Shown here: positions 60,010-64,000 of the stretch, one piece after another
Layout: each line of letters begins with the position of its first letter
Numbering within the stretch: the stretch's first letter is position 1
Source of the DNA: Isosphaeraceae bacterium
Lineage (GTDB): Bacteria > Planctomycetota > Planctomycetia > Isosphaerales > Isosphaeraceae
Length of the DNA: 64,000 nucleotides
Direction: 5' to 3'
Assembly (NCBI GenBank): GCA_965201075.1
Contig: CBDAVP010000016.1
Coordinates: forward strand, 124,001-188,000
Translations under genes and position numbers: made by a program
Notes under the pieces: generated by a model
Databases searched by the model: none
Seen by the model: the letters and a program-made list of their open reading frames with translations, nothing else
What the model was told of the DNA's origin: nothing

Positions 60010-61496
60010 AGGAACCGGTCCAGCACCTTGGCGCTGCTGAGGACCCCCGGCAGGCCCGCCCCCGGATGAGTCCCCGCGCCGACGAAGTACAACCCCTCGA
60101 CATCCTCGCTCTTGTTGTGCGGACGGAACCAGGCGCTTTGGGTCAAGATCGGCTCGAACTGGAAGGCCGAGCCGAGGTAGGCGTCATAATCGGTCTCGAA
60201 ATCCGCCGGAGTCAGCAGCCGCTTCGTCACCAGGGATTTCCGCAGTCCGGGAACCAGGTCGTCCCGTTCCAACGAGGCAAGGATGCGGTCGGCGTACTCC
60301 TCGCCGATCTTCGCCCAGTCCTGGCCGCCGCCGAGGTGCGGCACCGGCGACAGGACGTAAAACGCCTCGCAACCCGGGGGCGCCAGGCTGGGGTCGGTCC
60401 TTGTCGGAGCATGCAGGTAGAGCGAAAAGTCCTCGGCCACCACCTTGCGGTCGAAGATGTCGGTTAACAACCCTTCGTAACGAGGACCCAGGACGATCGT
60501 ATGATGCGGCAGGTGGGGATAGGTCCGGTCGGTCCCGAAGTAGATCACGAACAGCGACATGGCATAGCGCATCCGCTCCAGGCGCCGATCGGTCCACCGA
60601 CGACGATGTTCCGGGGCGATCAGCTTCCGATACGTGTTGGCCACATCCGCGTTGGAAACGACCACGTCGGCCGCCAACCGTTCGCCCGAGGCCAGGCGAA
60701 CTCCCCCGACGCGGCCCCCGGCCACCTCGATCTCGGCGACCCGAGCATTGAGCCGCAAAGTGCCGCCGATCTCCTCGAACAGCCGCAAAAGGCCCCGCAC
60801 CAACGCTCCGGTCCCGCCCATCGCGTAGTGAACGCCCCAGGTCTTCTCCAGGTAATGAATCATCGAGTAGATCGACGAGGCCCGCAACGGGTTGCCACCG
60901 ATCAGCAAGGGCTCGAACGAAAAGACCTGCCGCAGTCGCGGGTCCGCGATGAACTCGGACACCCGACGGAACACCGACTGATCGGCGCGAAGGCGGGCCA
61001 GGTCGGGGGCGACCTTGAGCATCTCCCAAAGGTTGTGGAACGAGTGGGCCGCCAGGTCGGTGAACGCCCGATCGAACACCTGCCGGGTGTAGTCCAGGTA
61101 GCGGCGATAACCTGCCACGTCGTCGGGGTTGAACCGGGCGATCTCGGCCTCCAGGGTCGCCGGGTCGCCGGTGTAGTCGAACCGCTGGCCGTCGGGGAAG
61201 ACGATCCGGTAGAAGGGTTCGCAGGGGACGATCGTCACATAGTCGTCCAGGCACTTCCCCGCGCACTCGGCCAGCTCTCGAAGCACGAACGGGACGGTCA
61301 GGATCGTCGGCCCGGCGTCGAACGTGAATCCGTCTTGCTCGAAAACATACGCCCGCCCGCCCGGCTTGTCGCGCATTTCCAGCAGGGTCGTGGCGTACCC
61401 CCTGGCCTGCAACCGGATCGCCGAGGCGATCCCGCCGAAGCCGCTACCGATGACCACGGCCGTCCGCCCGGCCCCACGACTGGACCCGTCGCTCAC
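60006..61496 (-). CDS. crtI: phytoene desaturase
   Basis: IGSGFGG, FTFDAGPT, LTQSAWFRPHN, GAGTHPGAGLPGV; GTG start 61496. Confidence 0.95.
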   Translation of the reverse strand: MSDGSSRGAGRTAVVIGSGFGGIASAIRLQARGYATTLLEMRDKPGGRAYVFEQDGFTFDAGPTILTVPFVLRELAECAGKCLDDYVTIVPCEPFYRIVFPDGQRFDYTGDPATLEAEIARFNPDDVAGYRRYLDYTRQVFDRAFTDLAAHSFHNLWEMLKVAPDLARLRADQSVFRRVSEFIADPRLRQVFSFEPLLIGGNPLRASSIYSMIHYLEKTWGVHYAMGGTGALVRGLLRLFEEIGGTLRLNARVAEIEVAGGRVGGVRLASGERLAADVVVSNADVANTYRKLIAPEHRRRWTDRRLERMRYAMSLFVIYFGTDRTYPHLPHHTIVLGPRYEGLLTDIFDRKVVAEDFSLYLHAPTRTDPSLAPPGCEAFYVLSPVPHLGGGQDWAKIGEEYADRILASLERDDLVPGLRKSLVTKRLLTPADFETDYDAYLGSAFQFEPILTQSAWFRPHNKSEDVEGLYFVGAGTHPGAGLPGVLSSAKVLDRFL

Positions 61497-62608
61497 GGGC
61501 AGCCCACCCAACTGTTGGCGGCGTGAGCGGCCGTCGCCGGGACCGGTCGGACCAGGTCGGCCATTGCCAGGAACGCCTGTCGCTGGGGTGCGTCGAGGTC
61601 CGACCGCTTGAGGACCGCCATCGCCTCGGACCGCAAGCGAGCGATCAGGCCCAGGCAGGACCCAATCGCGCCGCTGGCCTCGATCCGGTCGAGCAGCCGC
61701 CGGCGCTTCGACGGTCCCGGAGGCAGGCCCAACGCCTCGACCAACGCCTCTCGGTCTCCGGGCCCCGACCGCTGATACGCCTTCCAGAGAACCAACGTCC
61801 GCTTGCCGCCGTCCAAATCGGGCTGCTCGGTGGATTCCGGGTCGCCGTCCAGGGCGTCCAGGTCGTTGCGGACCTGATAGGCCAGCCCCAGCCGCGTCCC
61901 ATACTCGTGCAAGAGGGAACCCACCGTCTCTGGCGCCCCGGCCAGGGTCGCTCCCAAGACCAAGGGCCCGGAAAAGGTGTACCGGGCCGTTTTCCGGCAA
62001 TACGCTTCGAGGATCTGCGATTCGTCCAACTGATCGAGCCCCCGGTCGTCGGACAGGACGTCGAGCGCCTCTCCCAGACCCGTTTCCAGCAACATGTCAC
62101 TGAGGAGCCGATGGGCCCGCATCCAGGTCTCGGGTTCCAGCCCGGCGTTTCCCAGCATCCGCATCCCCATCGCGAACAGCAAATCGCCGCCGATGAGGCC
62201 CAGAGCCTCGGCCCGATCGTCGCGGCCCGGCCCTCGCAAGGCCTCGTGCAAGGTGGGGCGGTCGCGGCGGGTGGTGCTGCCGTCAATCAGGTCGTCGTGA
62301 ACCAGCATGAAGGCGTGGAACAACTCCAGGCTCGCGGCGACTTTCCACGACGAGTCGGGCAGTTCTGGTGAGTGGCTCGCTCCCAGGATGCGCATCGAGG
62401 CAAGGCACAACCGAGGACGAAGCCGCTTGCCGCCGTCGAGGACGAAGGCGGTAAGCTGGTCGAACAGGGGCGACAGGTGCGACGAGAGGGCGAACGCCCG
62501 TCGAGACTCGTCGAGAAAGCCCGCCAGTTCCCGGTCGAGCCGATCCCGATCCTCGGGCGGCCACGAGAGCGACGAGGGCGTTGAATCAGCCTCGGTCACG
62601 ATCGGCAC
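61493..62608 (-). CDS. polyprenyl (probably GGPP) synthase
   Basis: GGKRLRP, LVHDDLID..RR, KTARYT; head of the crt operon. Confidence 0.85.
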   Translation of the reverse strand: MPIVTEADSTPSSLSWPPEDRDRLDRELAGFLDESRRAFALSSHLSPLFDQLTAFVLDGGKRLRPRLCLASMRILGASHSPELPDSSWKVAASLELFHAFMLVHDDLIDGSTTRRDRPTLHEALRGPGRDDRAEALGLIGGDLLFAMGMRMLGNAGLEPETWMRAHRLLSDMLLETGLGEALDVLSDDRGLDQLDESQILEAYCRKTARYTFSGPLVLGATLAGAPETVGSLLHEYGTRLGLAYQVRNDLDALDGDPESTEQPDLDGGKRTLVLWKAYQRSGPGDREALVEALGLPPGPSKRRRLLDRIEASGAIGSCLGLIARLRSEAMAVLKRSDLDAPQRQAFLAMADLVRPVPATAAHAANSWVGCP

Positions 62609-62821
62609 TCGCCTGCTAACGGGAAGCCGGCATCGGAAAACGTCCCGGCCGATGACTTGCCCATTGTAAGCGACCGTCCACCCTCCAGCCGTCCCTCCCG
62701 CGAACTTTCCCGGAGACCTCCTCCCGGCCGACCGCTTGTGATGCCCGGGTGTCTCCCTCTATCTTGAACCGTCGAGGGACCACGGGCTTCGGCGAAAACT
62801 CGGGGGTTGGGGGTTTGACGC

Positions 62822-63856
62822 GTGAGGACCGAGGAATTCGACTTCGACCTGCCCGAAGCCCTGATCGCCCAGCACCCCGTCGAGCCCCGGGACGCCTCTC
62901 GTCTGCTGGTGGTGCGACGTGACCCAGGGACATTCGATCACCGAACCTTCGCTGACTTGCCCGAGCTTCTCGACCCCCGAGACGTGCTGGCCCGCAACAA
63001 CACCCGGGTCGTCCCCGCCCGGTTGGTTGGTCAACGGCTGGCCACCGGAGGCGCCTGGGAAGGGCTGTTTCTCCGCGAACGCGAAGGCGGTTCCTGGGAA
63101 ATCCTGGCGAAGACCCGGGGGCGACCCCTCGTGGGCGAGCGAGTGGGTGTCGGCCGGGGGTTGGTGCTGATTCTCGAGGAACGTCTCGACGCGGGGAAAT
63201 GGGTCGTCCGGCCCGAGCCGCCCGGCCCAACGGCGGACCTGCTGGCCATCCACGGAGAGATTCCCCTGCCTCCCTATATTCGCAAAGGGGTCGCGGGGGA
63301 AGCCGACCGCTCGCGGTATCAAACCACCTTCGCCCGATCGCCCGGCGCCGTGGCCGCCCCCACCGCGGGCTTGCACTTCACCGAGGCTCTCTTCGACCGC
63401 CTGGACGCCCGGGGAATCGCCCGGGTCGACCTGACCTTGCATGTCGGCCTCGGCACCTTCCGCCCGATCGAGGTCGAGCAAATCGACGACCATGCCCTGC
63501 ATGCCGAATGGGCCGAGGTGACCCCCGAGGCCGCCGCCACCCTGAACGCCCGGCGATCGGCGGGCGGCCGGGTGGTCGCCGTCGGCACGACCTCGGCCCG
63601 CACCCTGGAGACCGCCTCGACCGGCGGCGCCGGCGCGTTGGCCCCGTTCACCGGGGAGACCGCCCTTTACCTCAAGCCGGGCCATGAGTTCCGTGGTGTG
63701 GACGCCCTGCTCACCAACTTCCACCTGCCGCGCAGTAGCCTGCTCGTGCTGGTCTCGGCCTTCGCGGGGGTCGAGCTGATCCGCGCCGCCTATACCGAGG
63801 CGATCGCCCAGGGATACCGCTTCTACAGTTATGGGGACGCGATGCTGATTTTGTGA
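62822..63856 (+). CDS. queA: tRNA preQ1 S-adenosylmethionine ribosyltransferase-isomerase
   Basis: PLPPYI, AAPTAGLHF, TLHVGLGTF, TNFHLP, YRFYSYGDAM. Confidence 0.98.
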   Translation: MRTEEFDFDLPEALIAQHPVEPRDASRLLVVRRDPGTFDHRTFADLPELLDPRDVLARNNTRVVPARLVGQRLATGGAWEGLFLREREGGSWEILAKTRGRPLVGERVGVGRGLVLILEERLDAGKWVVRPEPPGPTADLLAIHGEIPLPPYIRKGVAGEADRSRYQTTFARSPGAVAAPTAGLHFTEALFDRLDARGIARVDLTLHVGLGTFRPIEVEQIDDHALHAEWAEVTPEAAATLNARRSAGGRVVAVGTTSARTLETASTGGAGALAPFTGETALYLKPGHEFRGVDALLTNFHLPRSSLLVLVSAFAGVELIRAAYTEAIAQGYRFYSYGDAMLIL

Positions 63857-63919
63857 ACCGGCGACGGTCGATGGAATGGAGAAATGGTGTCATTGCCGCT
63901 TGGGCAGGGGAGGTGCGTC

Positions 63920-64000
63920 GTGAAGCATCAGGAACGGATCTTGGTGGTCCCTGGGGCGGAACTCGACCGATTGGGGCGATTCCAGGGGGTTTCCGACGAC
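63920..64000 (+). CDS. partial CDS, possibly NUDIX-like phosphoesterase
   Basis: GGAGG then GTG: MKHQERILVVPGAELDRLGRFQGVSDD, runs off the window. Confidence 0.55.
   Translation, partial: MKHQERILVVPGAELDRLGRFQGVSDD

Noticed and set aside
62609..62821. preQ1 riboswitch upstream of queA
   Set aside because: No small hairpin with an A-rich pseudoknot tail seen

Overview
GC-rich chromosomal window from a planctomycete, most likely Isosphaeraceae-like. That assignment is inferred from DUF1559 prepilin genes, a planctomycete cytochrome-c domain, PEP-CTERM proteins, a thiS-thiG fusion and paired clpP. Most of the window is core or housekeeping: cvpA-like, gspE-like ATPase, pilT, hisF, dinG, thiS-thiG, yceI/marR, ruvC, cysS, ispF, hisI, aroF, pxpBAC, fabI, mutT-like, clpP x2, tig, tRNA-Gly(GCC), P-II, csrA, a crtE-crtI-crtB-crtC carotenoid cluster and queA. 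The most interesting signals are not in the ORF track. (1) An AhpD/CMD-like peroxidase whose CxxC motif reads C-P-Y-TGA, followed by a SECIS-like GGUC-loop hairpin (candidate selenoprotein). (2) A promoter- and terminator-bounded structured RNA of about 260 nt with a 13-nt perfect Shine-Dalgarno and a 10-codon ORF. (3) A Tyr/Trp/Phe leader-peptide attenuator upstream of DAHP synthase. (4) A cobalamin riboswitch controlling a DUF1559 pilin-like gene and two PEP-CTERM surface proteins, with no TonB receptor in the operon. (5) A coupled two-gene module with a HEPN-like RxxxxH protein interrupted by an in-frame TAG. The stretch at about 41.4-44.55 kb has many small indels across four adjacent genes and is probably low-accuracy assembly, so calls there carry that caveat. 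No CRISPR, rRNA or transposase was seen.
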